Under the pieces are notes generated by a model. The model saw only the letters and a program-made list of their open reading frames with translations, was not told the DNA's origin and ran no database searches. Made by a program: the position numbers and the translations under genes. 64,000 bases of DNA from Mustelus asterias (lineage: Eukaryota). Each line of letters begins with the position of its first letter. The stretch's first letter is position 1. The stretch is from positions 139,438,001 through 139,502,000 of the forward strand of contig NC_135806.1 of assembly GCF_964213995.1 (NCBI RefSeq), written 5' to 3'. Below are positions 1 through 12,800 of this stretch, in pieces.

Positions 1-125
1 ATGATATTCACGATTGTGACTTCTGCATTGCATGGAGTGTGGGAGATTCTAGTGTGAACTCACACTTAAAAAAAGAATCGTGATTTATACCGTGAATTCA
101 GCACATACTTTGGGAGAATCGTCCT
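1..125. mobile_element. End of a GC-rich non-autonomous repeat (same family as 19460-20548)
   Basis: Aligns by eye with 20411-20548 (atgatattcacgattgtg...gggagaatcg). Confidence 0.6.
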
Positions 126-176
126 CAACAATTTTTCTAGTTTGGCATAAATATGAGGAAAGGATACTTCCTTCAA

Positions 177-320
177 ATGTGGAGATGCTGGTGTTGGACT
201 GGGGTGGACAAAATGAGAGGTCATACGTCACTGGGTTATAATCCAACAGGTTTATTTGAAATTACAAGCTTTTGGAGCGCTGCTCCTTCGTCAGGTGAAG
301 TGGAGTGAGATCCGCAGGCA
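177..320 (-). mobile_element. Penelope-like pLTR remnant with a decayed hammerhead
   Basis: Same tgtggagatgctgg.gttggactgggg terminus as 32006; minus strand CTGACGA-AGGAGC-AGC-GCTCC-AAAA-GCTT (263-298). Confidence 0.7.
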
Positions 321-825
321 CAGAATCACTCCTTCCAGGAGTGATTCCACTGGCAAAGTAGGGATGATTAATAATGAAACAAACTTTATTTAATAACACA
401 GTTTAAATATAACTCTAACAAATGAAGCAGCTTAACTATTAGTGGTTTAGTAATATTTAAAAATGAAAGGAAGCAACTTGACTTTCTAGCTTATTCCAGT
501 TCCAAATAAGCCCCATTTAATGCATAAATCAGTTTAAATAAATACAGTTACAAAACCCAGGCATACTTGCTTTAGCATTTGTTAACAGTCTTGGAGCTTT
601 CAGAGAGAGATAGAGTTCCAGAAGCCTTCAAAATCCTTCCAACTTTAACCAGGCTTCAGCTGCAAACTCACTGCTTTCTGCAAAAGCTTTTTCTCTCTGC
701 TACAGACCCAGGACTGCGCATAAACCACATCATCGCATGGCCCTGTCAATCACTTTGATCAGAAAGCTGAAGGGAACAAAGTAAACAAAAGTGATTTAAC
801 TCTACTTAACAGAACCACATGCAAG

Positions 826-1085
826 GTGAGAATCATAGAATCATTGAATGCAGAAGAGACCCTTCGGCCCATTGAGTACTCCCCAACACAGAGGACCTGC
901 AATCATATCCTTCCTATAATGTGGCGAGCAGAACACACAGTACTCCAGCTGTGGCCTCACCAAAGTTCTACACAACTCCAACATGACTTCCCTGCTTTTG
1001 TAATCTATTCCTCGATTGATAAAGACAAGTGTTCCATATGCCTTTTTCACCATCCCACTGACATCTGCCTTCAGAGACCTATGGA
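826..1085 (-). mobile_element. CR1 LINE 3' fragment
   Basis: VKKAYG...LVRPQLEYC translation, ttctatgattc tail. Confidence 0.8.
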
Positions 1086-1089
1086 CATG

Positions 1090-1376
1090 GGTGGCACGGT
1101 GGCACAATGTTTACCACTGCTGCCTCACAGTGCCAGGGAGCTGGATCCAATTCCTGGCTTGGATCACTGACTGTATGGTGTCTGCACGTTCTCCCCTGGT
1201 GCTCCGGTTTCCTCCCACAGTCCGAAAGACGTGCTGGTTAGGTGCATTGGCCGTGCTAAATTCTCCCTCAGTATACCCGAACAGGTGCCGGAGTGTGGCG
1301 ACTAGGGGATTTTCACAGTAACTTCATTGCAGTGTTAATATAAGCCTGCTTGTGACACTAATAAATAAACATAAAC
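1090..1376 (+). mobile_element. tRNA-derived V-SINE (HE1-like), tail type B ending cttgtgacactaataaataaac
   Basis: A/B-box head ggcacggtggcaca, V-domain ggtgctccggtttcctcccacagtc; other copies at 11463-11768, 16265-16527(-), 43280-43585. Confidence 0.85.
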
Positions 1377-1539
1377 TTAGCCAAACACACCAAGGCTAAA
1401 ATGAGTAATTATCCTCCTTCCCCAGAATCTGAGCTGCATTCTCACCGACTGCCGAGAGCATAAAGCTGAATTTTTAAACATACCCCTTAAACATAAAAAA
1501 CAATACATATACATTTATAGCAATTCCACTATTATTGTC

Positions 1540-2870
1540 ACCACAGTGGAGGTGAGGAATTGGAAGACATTTTTGAAACATTTCTGCCTGAGCTAAGTGA
1601 CCACAACTCAGTTTAAATTCACAAACAACTTATTTCACACAGAAACAAAGCACAGTTTATGAAACAATTGTCTTCCGAAACTCCAAGCAAGAAGCTAACC
1701 AGATAATTGGCCAATATTGTGCATGATTTTAGCAACCAGCAACTGAATGTGACTTTGGTGATTTTGAAGATGTCAAACAGGAAATCAAAGCTGAAAGAAT
1801 TAAAGGTTGTTCCTCTGGATAAATACACCAGAATCGCTGGAGAAAGACAGAAAGCTATCAGAGCAGTCTAAAACGTCTCGGGACTTTGGGAACACCAGTC
1901 TCATTCAAAGACACCAGAATAAATGCTCGATTCTATGTCACGTGTCTGGAAAATGTGACACGCTTCTCAGTTTCCACACAGCTACAGATCTAGACCCGAT
2001 TGCAGCTACATACGCAATTCCAACACGTACAAACAACAATCTCAAACTGTGCTAAACTCCTCACTGAAAGGTGTTACATACAATCTGCACGTTGGCCCCA
2101 ATGTGACCCAGTCACATATTTACAGTGACAAATCCCATTCCATGGCAGAAACAGGCAGAGAAGGAACATCAGAGTCTACCTGAGCAGGATATTATTGAGA
2201 AAGTTGGCGATGAGTCTATACCTCGGGTCTCACCATTAAGGGTCATTAGGAAACTGAAGAGTGAGAAGGAGATTAGAATCTGCATTGAAACACGATCACC
2301 AAAGCAAGGTATACAACGAGAAAGACGCTCGATACTGACAACCAATGACACCAGAGGGAACATCCATGGTGTTAAACACTTTGTTCAACTAGACCCCAAT
2401 GCAGGCGACCATCAAACTGAGCTTGCTGAAGAATCGAGGTGCCTTACAGCATTCTCCACTCACATCGGACTTTTTCGATACAAGAGGCTCAACTTTGGAG
2501 TCAGTTCAGAGCTGAGCTATTTCACACTGTGATTCGATCAGCGATTTCAGGAAATGAAACAGGCTGATCATCAGTGTTGAAATTCTCATCGGTAGTCACA
2601 CTGAGAGTCAGGCGCACACACACACAGGCCAATAACGTCTTGGAAAATGTAACCTCATGTTGAAAAAAAGACAAGTGCATGTTCAGTGAAAGCAGAATTG
2701 AATTCTGTCATGTTGTGTTCAATGGTGAAGGAACATTGCCTGATGCAGGAATGTTGTCCCCTTTGCAAACACAGCGGCGGATCACACAAATGTGCAGGAA
2801 GTCTGGAGTCTGCAAAGACTCAGCACGCACTGTGGTCACTTTATTCCTGAATTTCCTGACCTCGCAGTGC
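1540..2870 (+). mobile_element. Old degenerate Gypsy (Mag-like) gag-pol relic
   Basis: RT remnant LDPNAGDHQTELAEESRCLTAFSTHIGLFRYKRLNFGVSS in ORF 2125-2532; frameshifted and deleted. Confidence 0.7.
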
Positions 2871-3419
2871 TATTTAGAAACATAGAAACTAGAAGCAGGA
2901 GGAGGCCATTCGGCCCTTCGAGCCTGCTCCACCATTCATCTTGATCATGGCTGATCATCAAAAACAATATCCTGATCCCGCCATCCCCCCCATATCCCTG
3001 GATCCCGTTAGCCCCAAGAGCTATATCTAATTTAATTACGATGGGTGTACCAACACCACATGGACAACCTTCTCAAGGGCAACTTGAGATAGGCCATGAA
3101 TGCTGGCCTAGCCAGTGACCCCCACATCTCATGAAAGAAAATGCATTTTAAAAATTGCATTGTGTATTTTGTCCACTTGAGGCTACCATAAACACATGTA
3201 TCAGCAGAGGGAGTCTGTTAGGTAGAAGTGTTAATAAATCATCCATGTTTTTCATGTATTTCTAATTTTAAATGCCTCCAGTAGAATTTACAAATTTCAG
3301 TCCCAAAACTTCACGGGGATTCAATCCAGACATTAATCTTTGCAAACAGATTAAACTCAGTGAAACACAAGTCATTCTGTCACTTTGTCCCTTGTTTTCA
3401 CCTGTTTCTGTCCCATCAG

Positions 3420-4661
3420 TGAATGTTGGAAAACCTCAACACACAGATATCTTCCAAACCAGCAGCTGAACATATGAGCACTCTGGGTCGGGACTCCAAT
3501 GCCTATCACCAAGAGTGGCTCGGTAGTACCACCACAGACCTGCTGGCTCCACCGATCTCCCCATCCTTAATGATGGAGGAGCCCAGCACATCAGTACAAA
3601 AGATAAGGGGGAAGCATTCGCAACAATCTTCAGCCAGAAGAGCCAAATGGATGATCCATCTCGGCTTCCTCCAATTATCTCCAGCATCATAGATGCCAGT
3701 CTCCAGTCAATTCGATTCACTCCAAGTGATAACAGGAAATGGCTGAAAGCACCGGATACTGTAAAGGCAATGGACCCTGATATCATTCTGACAGTAGTTC
3801 TGAAGACTTGTACTCCAGAACTTGCCGTTCCTCTAGACAAGCTGTTCCAATACAGCTACAGCACTGACATCTACCCGGCAATGTGGAAAATTGCCCAGGT
3901 ATGTCCTATACACAAGAAACAGGACAAATCCAACCCGGCCAATTACCGCCCCATCAGTCTACTCTCGATCATCAGTAAAGTGATGGAAGGGGTCACCAAC
4001 AGTGCAATCAAGCAGCAGCTCAGCAATAACCTGCTCAGTGACGCCCAGTTTGGGTTCTGCGAAAGTCACTCAGTTCCTGACCTCATTACAGCCTTGGTTC
4101 AAACATGGACAAAAGAGTTGAACTGAAGTGATGAGGTGAGATGAACTGTCCTTTACATCGAGGCAGCATTGGACCCAGTATGGCACAAGGCAGCCCTTGC
4201 AAACTGGGAGAAACTGGGAATCGGGGGAAATGTCTCTGCTGGTTGGAATCATACCTGGCACAAAGGAAGATGGTTGTGGTGACTGGAGGTGAATCATCTC
4301 ACTTCCAGGACATCTCTGCAGGAGTTCCTCAGGGTAGTGTCCTAGGCCCAACCACCTTCAGCTGATTCATCAATGACCTTCCCTCCATCACAAGATCAGG
4401 AGTGCGGATGTTTGTAGATGATTCCACAATGTTCATTATCATTCGGGATTCCACAGATACTGAATCAGTCCATGTCCAAATGAAACAAAAGGTGGATAAG
4501 ATTCAGACTTGGGCTGATAAGTGACAAGTAACATTCATGCCACCCAACAAGAGAGAATCTGACCATCTCCCCATGACTTTCAGCTGCATTAGCATTTCTG
4601 AATCCCCCACTATCAACACCCTGGGTCTTACCATTGACCAGAAACTGAACTGGACTAGCCA
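3420..4661 (+). mobile_element. Older CR1/L2-group LINE, RT region (5' part; continues at 9089-9580)
   Basis: [38 protein letters not shown]; interrupted by CR1-A. Confidence 0.8.
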
Positions 4662-7600
4662 GGTGGTAAAAGAGGGGGAGGTGTGGCATTGTTAGTCAAG
4701 GACAGTATTACGGTGGCAGAAAGGACATTTGATGAAGACTTGTCTACTGAGGTAGTTTGGGCTGAGGTTAGAAACAGGAAAGGAGAGGTCACCCTGTTGG
4801 GAGTTTTTTATAGACCTCCGAAAAGTTCCAGAGATGTAGAGGAAAAGATTGCAAAGATGATTCTGGATAGGAGCAAAAGTAACAGGGTAGTTGTACTGGG
4901 GGACTTTAACTTTACAAATATTGACTGGAAAAGCTATAGTTCGAGTACTTTAGAGGGGTCGGTTTTTGTCCAGTGTGTGCAGGAAGGCTTCCTGACACAG
5001 TATGTAGATAGACCAACAAGAGGCGAGGCCACATTGGATTTGGTACTGGGTAATGAACCAGGCCAGGTGTTAGATTTGGAGATAGGTGAGCACTTTGGTG
5101 ACAGTGACCACAATTCGATTACGTTTACTTTAGCAATGGAAAAGGATAGGTATATACCAAAGGGCAAGAGTTATAGCTGGGGGAAAGGAAATTATGATGC
5201 GATTAGGCGAGATTTAGCTGGCATAGGTTGGGGAAGGAAACTGCAGGGGATGGGCACAATTGTAATGTGGAACTTGTTCAAGGAACAGCTACTACGCGTC
5301 CTTGATAAATACGTACCTGTCAGGCAGGGAGGAAGCAGACGTGTGAGGGAACCGTGATTTACTAAGGAGGTTGAATCTCTTGTGGAGAGGAAAAAGGAGA
5401 CTTATGTTAAGATGAGACGTGAAGGCTCAGTTAGGGAGCTTGAGAGTTACAAGTTAGCCAGGAAGGACCTAAAGAAAGAGTTAAGAAGAGCCAGGAGGGG
5501 ACATGAGAAGTCTTTGGCAGGTAGGATCAAGGAAAACCCTAAAGCTTTCTATCGGTATGTCAGGAGTAAAAGAATGACTAGGGTAAGATTAGGGCCAGTC
5601 AAGGACAGGAGTGGGAAGTTGTGCGTGGAGTCTGAAGAGATAGGAGAGGCACTAAATGAATATTTTTCGTCGGTATTCACACTGGAGAGGGACAGTGTTG
5701 TTGAGGGGAGTACTGAGATGCAGGCTGTTGGACTGGATGGGGGGATTGATGTTCATAAGGAGGAGGTGTTAGCAATTCTGGAAAGGGTAAAAATAGGTAA
5801 GTCCCCTGGGCCGGATGGGATTTATCCTAGGATTCTCTGAGAGGCTGGAGAGTAGATTGCAGAGCCTTTGGCTTTGATCTTTGTGTCGTCATTGTCTACA
5901 GGAACAGTGCCAGAAGACTGGAGGATAGCAAATGTTGTCCCCTTGTTCAAGAAGGGGAGTAGGGACAACCCTGGTAATTATAGACCGGTGAGCCTTACTT
6001 CTGTTGTGGGCAAAGTATTGGAAAGGATTATAAGAGATAGGATTTATAATCACCTAGAAAGGAATAATTTGATTAGGGATAGTCAGCACGGTTTTGTGAA
6101 GGGTAGGTCGTGCCTCACAAACCTTATTGAGTTCTTTGAAAAGGTGACCAAAGAGGTGGATGAGGGTAAAGCGGTTGATGTGGTGTATATGGATTTCAGC
6201 AAAGCGTTTGATAAGGTTCCCCATGGTGAGCTTTTGCAGAAAATACGGACACATGGGATTGAGGGTGATTTAGTGGTTTGGACCAGGAATTGGCAAGCTG
6301 TAAGAAAACAAAGGGTGGTGGTTGATGGGAAATATTCATCCTGGAGTTCAGTTACTAGTGGTGTACCGCAAGAATCTGTTTTGGGGCCACTGCTGTTTGT
6401 CATTTTTATTAATGACCTGGATGAGGACATGGAAGGATGGATTAGTAAATTTGCGGATGACACTAAAGTCGGTGGAGTTGTAGACAGTGCGGAGGGAAGT
6501 GGCAGGTTACAGAGGGACATAGATAAGCTGCAGAGCTGGGCTGAGAGGTGGCAAATGGAGTTTAATGCGGAAAAGTGTGAGGTGATTCACTTTGGAAGGA
6601 GTAACAGGAATACAGAGTACTGGGCTAATGGTAAGATACTTGGTAGTGTGGATGAAGGCCGGTCAAGGACAGTAGTGGGAACTTGTTATGGAGTCAGTAG
6701 AGATAGGCGAAGTGATGAATGAATACTTTTCTTCAGTGTTCACCAAGGAGAGGGGCCATGTTTTTGAGGAAGGGAAGGTGTTACAGGCTAATAGGCTGGA
6801 GGAAATAGATGTTCGGAGGGAGGATGTCCTGGCAGTTTTGAATAAACTGAAGGTCGATAAGTCCCCTGGGCCTGATGAAATGTATCCTAGGATTCTTTGG
6901 GAGGCAAGGGATGAGATTGCAGAGCCTTTGGCTTTGATCTTTGGGTCCTCGCTGTCCACGGGGATGGTGCCAGAGGACTGGAGAATGGCGAATGTTGTTC
7001 CTCTGTTTAAGAAAGGGAATAGAAATGATCCTGGTAATTATAGACCGGTTAGTCTTACTTCGGTGGTTGGTAAATTGATGGAAAAGGTCCTTAGAGATGG
7101 GATTTACGACCATTTAGAAAGATGCGGATTAATCCGGGATAGTCAGCACGGATTCGTGAAGGGCAAGTCGTGCCTCACAAATTTGATTGAATTTTTTGAG
7201 GAGGTAACTAAGTGTGTTGATGAAGGTAGGGCAGTTGATGTCATATACATGGATTTTAGTAAGGCCTTTGATAAGGTCCCCCATGGTCGGCTTATGATAA
7301 AAGTGAGGAAGTGTGGGATAGAGGGAAAGTTGGCCGATTGGATAGGTAACTGGCTGTCTGATCAAAGACAGAGGGTGGTGGTCGATGGAAAATTTTCGGA
7401 TTGGAGGCAGGTTGCTAGCGGAGTGCCGCAGGGATCGGTGCTTGGTCCTCTGCTCTTTGTGATTTTTATTAATGACTTAGAGGAGGGGGCTGAAGGGTGG
7501 ATCAGTAAATTTGCTGATGACACCAAGATTGGTGGAGTAGTGGATGAGGTGGAGGGGTGTTGTAGGCTGCAAAGAGACATAGATAGGATGCAAAGCTGGG

Positions 7601-9088
7601 CTGAAAAATGGCAAATGGAGTTTAACCCTGATAAATGTGAGGTGATTCATTTTGGTAGGACAAATTTAAATGTGGATTACAGGGTCAAAGGTAGGGTTCT
7701 GAAGACTGTGGAGGAACAGAGAGATCTTGGGGTCCATATCCACAGATCTCTAAAGGTTGCCACTCAAGTGGATAGAGCTGTGAAGAAGGCCTATAGTGTG
7801 TTAGCTTTTATTAACAGGGGGTTGGAGTTTAAGAGCCGTGGGGTTATGCTGCAACTGTACAGGACCTTGGTGAGACCACATTTGGTATATTGTGTGCAGT
7901 TCTGGTCACCTCACTATAAGAAGGATGTGGAAGCGCTGGAAGATTTACCATGATGCTGCCTGGTTTGGATGGTAGGTCTTATGAGGAAAGGTTGAGGGAG
8001 CTAGGGCTGTTCTCTCTGGAGTGGAGGAGGCTGAGGGGAGACTTAATAGAGGTTTATAAAATGATGAAGGGGATAGATAGAGTGAACGTTCAAAGACTAT
8101 TTCCTCGGGTGGATGGAGCTATTACAAGGGGGCATAACTATAGGGTTCGTGGTGGGAGATATAGGAAGGATATCAGAGGTAGGTTCTTTATGCAGAGAGT
8201 GGTTGGGGTGTGGAATGGACTGCCTGCAGTGATAGTGGAGTCAGACACTTTAGCAACATTTAAGCGGTTATTGGATAGGCACATGGAGCACACCAGGATG
8301 ATAGGGAGTGGGATAGCTTGATCTTGGTTTCAGATAAAACTCGGCACAACATCATGGGCCGAAGGGGCTGTACTGTTCTATGATCTATGTTCTATGAACA
8401 GAGGGATCTGGGTGTCCATGTGCATAGATCCCTGAAAGTTGGCACCCAGGTTGATAGGGTTGTTAAGAAGGCGTACGGTGTGTTAGCCTTTATTGGTAGA
8501 GGGATTGAGTTTCGGAGCCAGGAGGTCATGCTGCAACTGTACAAAACTCTGGTGCGGCCGCATTTGGAGCATTGCGTACAGTTCTGGTCGCCGTATTGTA
8601 GGAAAGATGTGGAAGTGTTGGAAAGGGTGCAGAGGAGATTTTCCAGGATGTTGCCTGATATGGTGGGAAAATCGTATGAGGAAAGGCTGAGGGGCTTGAA
8701 GTTGTTTTCGTTAGGGAGAAGAAGGTTAAGAGGTGACTTCATAGAGGCATACAAGATGATCAGAGGATTAGATAGGGTGGATAGTGAGAGCCTTTTTCCT
8801 CGGATAGTGTTGGCTAGCACGAGGGGACATAGCTTTAAATTGAGGGGTGAGAGATATAGGACAGATGTTAGAGGTAGGTTCTTTACTCAGAGAGTAGTAA
8901 GGACATGGAATGCCCTGCCTGCAGCAGTAGTGGACTCGTCAACATTAAGAGCATTCAAATGGTTATTAGATAAACATATGGATGATATTGGAATAGTGTA
9001 GATTAGAGGGGCTTTAGATTGGTACCACTGTTCGGCGCAACATTGAGGGCCGAAGGGCCTGTACTGGGCTGTAATGTTCTATGTTCTA
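4662..9088 (+). mobile_element. CR1 LINE A (APE endonuclease plus RT, 5'-truncated, with stops), split by CR1-B
   Basis: YRPP/GDFN/SDHN endonuclease motifs, FADDTK RT motif, (ttctatg)n tail; segments 4662-6656 and 8394-9088. Confidence 0.92.
6657..8393 (+). mobile_element. CR1 LINE B nested in CR1-A
   Basis: 421-aa RT ORF, tail gttctatgatctatgttct, ATGAA target duplication (6652-6656 and 8394-8398). Confidence 0.9.
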
Positions 9089-9580
9089 TATAAATACTGT
9101 GGCTACAAAGCAGGTTGGAGACTGGGAATTCTGGGTGAGTCACTCATCTCCTGACTCCTGGAACCATTCCATCATCGACAAGGCACAAGTCAGGAATGTA
9201 ACGAAATATTCTCCTGGATGAGTGCAGCTCCAACAACACTCAAGAAGCTGGACTTTGTCCAGGACAAAGCAGCCCTCTTAATTGACATCCCATCCACCAC
9301 CTTAACTATTGACTCCCTCCACCGCTGACGCACAGTGGCAGCCATTTGTACCATTTCCACGATGCATTGAAGCAACCCGGCAAGACTCCTTTGAGAGTAT
9401 TTTCCAAACCCACAATCTCTACCATCCAGATGGACAAGGGAAGCAGACACATGGGAACACCACCCTCTACAAGTTCCCCTCCAAGCTACACTCAACCTAA
9501 CTTGGAAATATGTCACTGTTCCCTCACTGTCACTGGGTCAAATCCTGGAACTCCCTTCCTAACAACACTGTGGATGTGTG
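9089..9580 (+). mobile_element. 3' continuation of the older LINE interrupted at 4661
   Basis: ctggactagcc at 4650-4660 resumes as tataaatactgtggctac. Confidence 0.7.
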
Positions 9581-9624
9581 AAAGAATAAATATAGGATCC
9601 AGTTTTTGAACTCAAACATGTTAG

Positions 9625-9796
9625 AATGCACTTCCCCATTTTAAACTGGTCAGCGATCTTGTGAAATCTCACCAGTATGTTTGTTTCTTTGTTAACACCA
9701 AGTTTACTGACGGAAGCAAGAAGATCAGATAGTGAGCAATGGTCTTAGTCCTGTCGAGTGGGTGCTGAGCCTTCAGAGAGCTCTGTGTGCTGCAGG
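9625..9796 (+). promoter_or_regulatory. Putative myeloid-type proximal promoter/5' UTR of the Siglec-like gene
   Basis: PU.1/Spi-like AAAATGGGGAAGTG on the minus strand (9629-9642), C/EBP-like TTGTGAAAT (9659-9667), ETS core CGGAAG (about 9711); short uORF 9739-9768. Confidence 0.4.
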
Positions 9797-9854
9797 ATGA
9801 AGAGAATGCTGTGGATCGTGCTGTGTACACTCACAGTGCGCAGCTCAGCAGAAT
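9797..9854 (+). CDS. Exon 1: signal peptide [19 protein letters not shown]
   Basis: ATG at 9797, basic-hydrophobic-small residue pattern, donor GTATGT at 9855 in phase 1, unique non-repeat sequence. Confidence 0.75.
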
Positions 9855-12800
9855 GTATGTATTTTCAAAGAATGAAGTCATTTTCCCTCTGCTATACTGT
9901 TTCAGTAAAATAATTCAGTGTCGAAAAAAACTGGCTCGCCGCAAGTGAGAAAGATCAGTGACTTTGTGTTACACGGAATATTATACTGAATATAAAACTT
10001 AATATTATACTGAATATTATACCAACAAGACTACTGTGGGTCGGTTTAGCTCAGTTGGATGGTCAGCTGGTGAATTATGCCAACAGTGCGGGTTCAATTC
10101 CCATATCGGCTGAGGTTATTCATGAAGGCCCTGCCTTCTCAACCCTGCCCCTTGCCTGAGATGTAATGATCCTCAGGTTAAATCAGCACCAGTTGGCTCT
10201 CCCTCTCAAAGGGTAGAGCAGCCTCTGGTCATCTGGCACTGTGGTGACTTTACTGTTCCAGAATATATATTGAATTGTATTCTGAATATTATACAGAATA
10301 CACACGGAAAATCTTGCTGAATATTATACTCAATATGACACTGAATATAATGCTTTCACACTGAATATCTTACTGAATATTGTGCTGAATTTTATACCGA
10401 TATAGGATCAGGGGCTGCCCTGTCAGAAGAATTGTTAAGAATGTGTGTTGTTAGATTTGTGTGTTTGGTTTAGCTTCCTTTGTAAGTAAGAACATTTTAC
10501 AATGCGGTAAATAAAAACCCTCAAACATAAGATACTATAACGAGAGGATAAATCAGATAGACAGGTGGATAAGATCATTGCGAAGGCATATGGGAAACTT
10601 TCCTGTTATCAATTGATACATAGAGTACGGAAAGAGGGAGGTTATTCTCGCACTGGTTAGAGGCTTTGGTCTCTGGAATGAATGAGGGATATGCTTGTGG
10701 ATCTGTACGCTAACTTTCTGTGTTCCCAGTGTGAGCACTCCCAAGTCTCTCTGAACACCAACATTTACAAGTTTCACCCTTTTTAAATAAAAATCTGGAA
10801 TTAAAAGCCGAATGATGACCAGGTCGATTGTCGCAAAAGCCCATCTGATTCACTCATGTCCTTTCGGGAAGGAAATCTGACATCCTTACCCAGCCTGGCC
10901 CACGTGACTCCAGACCCAAGGACGGTTCCAGGAAGATTCGCTGCGCCGATTCCTGGGTTCAGCATTTGGTCTTTTGGGGAAAGGGTGAGCAGATTGTGTC
11001 TATAACTTTGGAGTTTAGAAGATTGAAAGGTGATCTTCTTGAAACATATTAGAATCTGAGCGGGCCTGACATATAGACGCTGAGAGGAAGCTTTTCCGCA
11101 TCTCGAACAAGGGGGGCACATTTTCAGAATAAGGGTCTCCAGTTTAAGATGGAGATGCACAGGAACTTTTTCTCTCCGAGAGTCATTCGTTTGCAGAATT
11201 CACTTCCCCAGACAGCAGTGGAAGCTGAATCATTGAATATATCCAAGGTTTATTCAGATTTTTAACCTACAAGTCAAAGGTTATGGGAACAGGCAGGAGA
11301 ATGGGGTTAAGACCACAATCAGATCAGCCATGACCTTAATGAATGGTGGAGCAGGCTTGAAGGGCTGAATGGCCTACCCCAGGCTTATTTCTTATCATCT
11401 AATGACGTTACGAACTGTTTCACACTCTAGTTAGACTGCAGCTGGAGTACACACCTCCACAGGGGCAACATGATGGCACAGTGGTTAGCACTGCTGCCTC
11501 ACAGCGCCAACAACCCAGGTTCGATTCCTGGCTTGGGTCACTGTCTGTGCAGAGTCTGCACGCTGTCCCTGTGTCTGCGTGGGTTTGCTCCGGGTGCTCC
11601 GGTTTCCTCCCACAGTCTGAAAGATGTGCGGGTTAGGTGCATTAGCCACGCTAAATTCTTCCTCAGTGTACCCAAACATGCGCCGGAGTGTGGCGACTAG
11701 GGGATTTTCACAGTAACTTCATTGCAGTGTTAATGTAAGCCTACTTGTGACATAATAAATAAAAAAATAATCTTTTTAATCCCTGAGGGACCAAAAATCT
11801 GTCTATCCAAGAGTTAACTTTATTCAGCTCAGGAGCAGCTATAACCCTCTGGCATAGAGATTCCCAAAGGATCACTATCCTTTAGTGAAGAAATTTCTCC
11901 TCATCTCTGTCCAAAATAGTCGGCCTTTATCCTTGTAGAATCATAGAATCCCCGCAGTACAGAAGGAGGCCATTCAGCCCATCGAGTCTGTACTGACCAC
12001 AACCTAATTCAGGTTCTACCTCCGTAACCTTCATTTATCCTGTTATTCCCCCTGACACTAAGGGGCAATTTATCACGGCTAATCAATCTAACCTGCACAT
12101 CTTTGGAGTGTGCAAGGAAACCGGAGCACCCAGAGGAAACCCACGCAGACACGGAAAGAACGTGCAGACTCCACACAGACAGTGACCCGAGGCTGGAATT
12201 GAACCTGGGTCTCTGGCGCTGTGAGACAATAATCCCCCAGCCAGGGGAAACAATCTCTCAGTGTCCACCCTTTCACAATCTTGTAGCTATCGATGAGATG
12301 ACCTGTTACTCTTTAAAACTCCAGAGAATAGTGAGCGGTTTATTCAGTCTCTCGCCACAGCACAACCATCTCAACCCAGGGACCAATCTAGTGAACATTC
12401 ACTTTACCGTCTTCTATACAAGTCTATCCTTCCTAAATATGGAAAGTACAATTGTAAATATTCCAGATGCAATCCCACCAAACTCTACAATTGTAGCAAG
12501 ACTTTGTTATTCTTGTACTCCAATCCTCTTACAATAAAGGCTAACATGCCAGTTTCCTTCCTAATTGCTGGTGGACCTACACGCTAACTTTCTGTGTTCC
12601 CATTGTGAGCACTCCCAAGTCTCTCTGAACATCAACATTTACAAGTTTCACCCTTTTAAAATAAAAATCTGGAATTAAAACTCTAATGATGACCATGTTG
12701 ATTGTCATAAAAACCCATCGGATTCACTCATGTCCTTGAGGGAAGGAAATCTGACATCCTTACCCAGCCTGGCCCACATGTGACTCCAGATCCATATTGA

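Noticed and set aside
6083-8820. Long antisense ORFs over CR1 and Gypsy coding regions
   Set aside because: Shadow ORFs of RT coding sequence.
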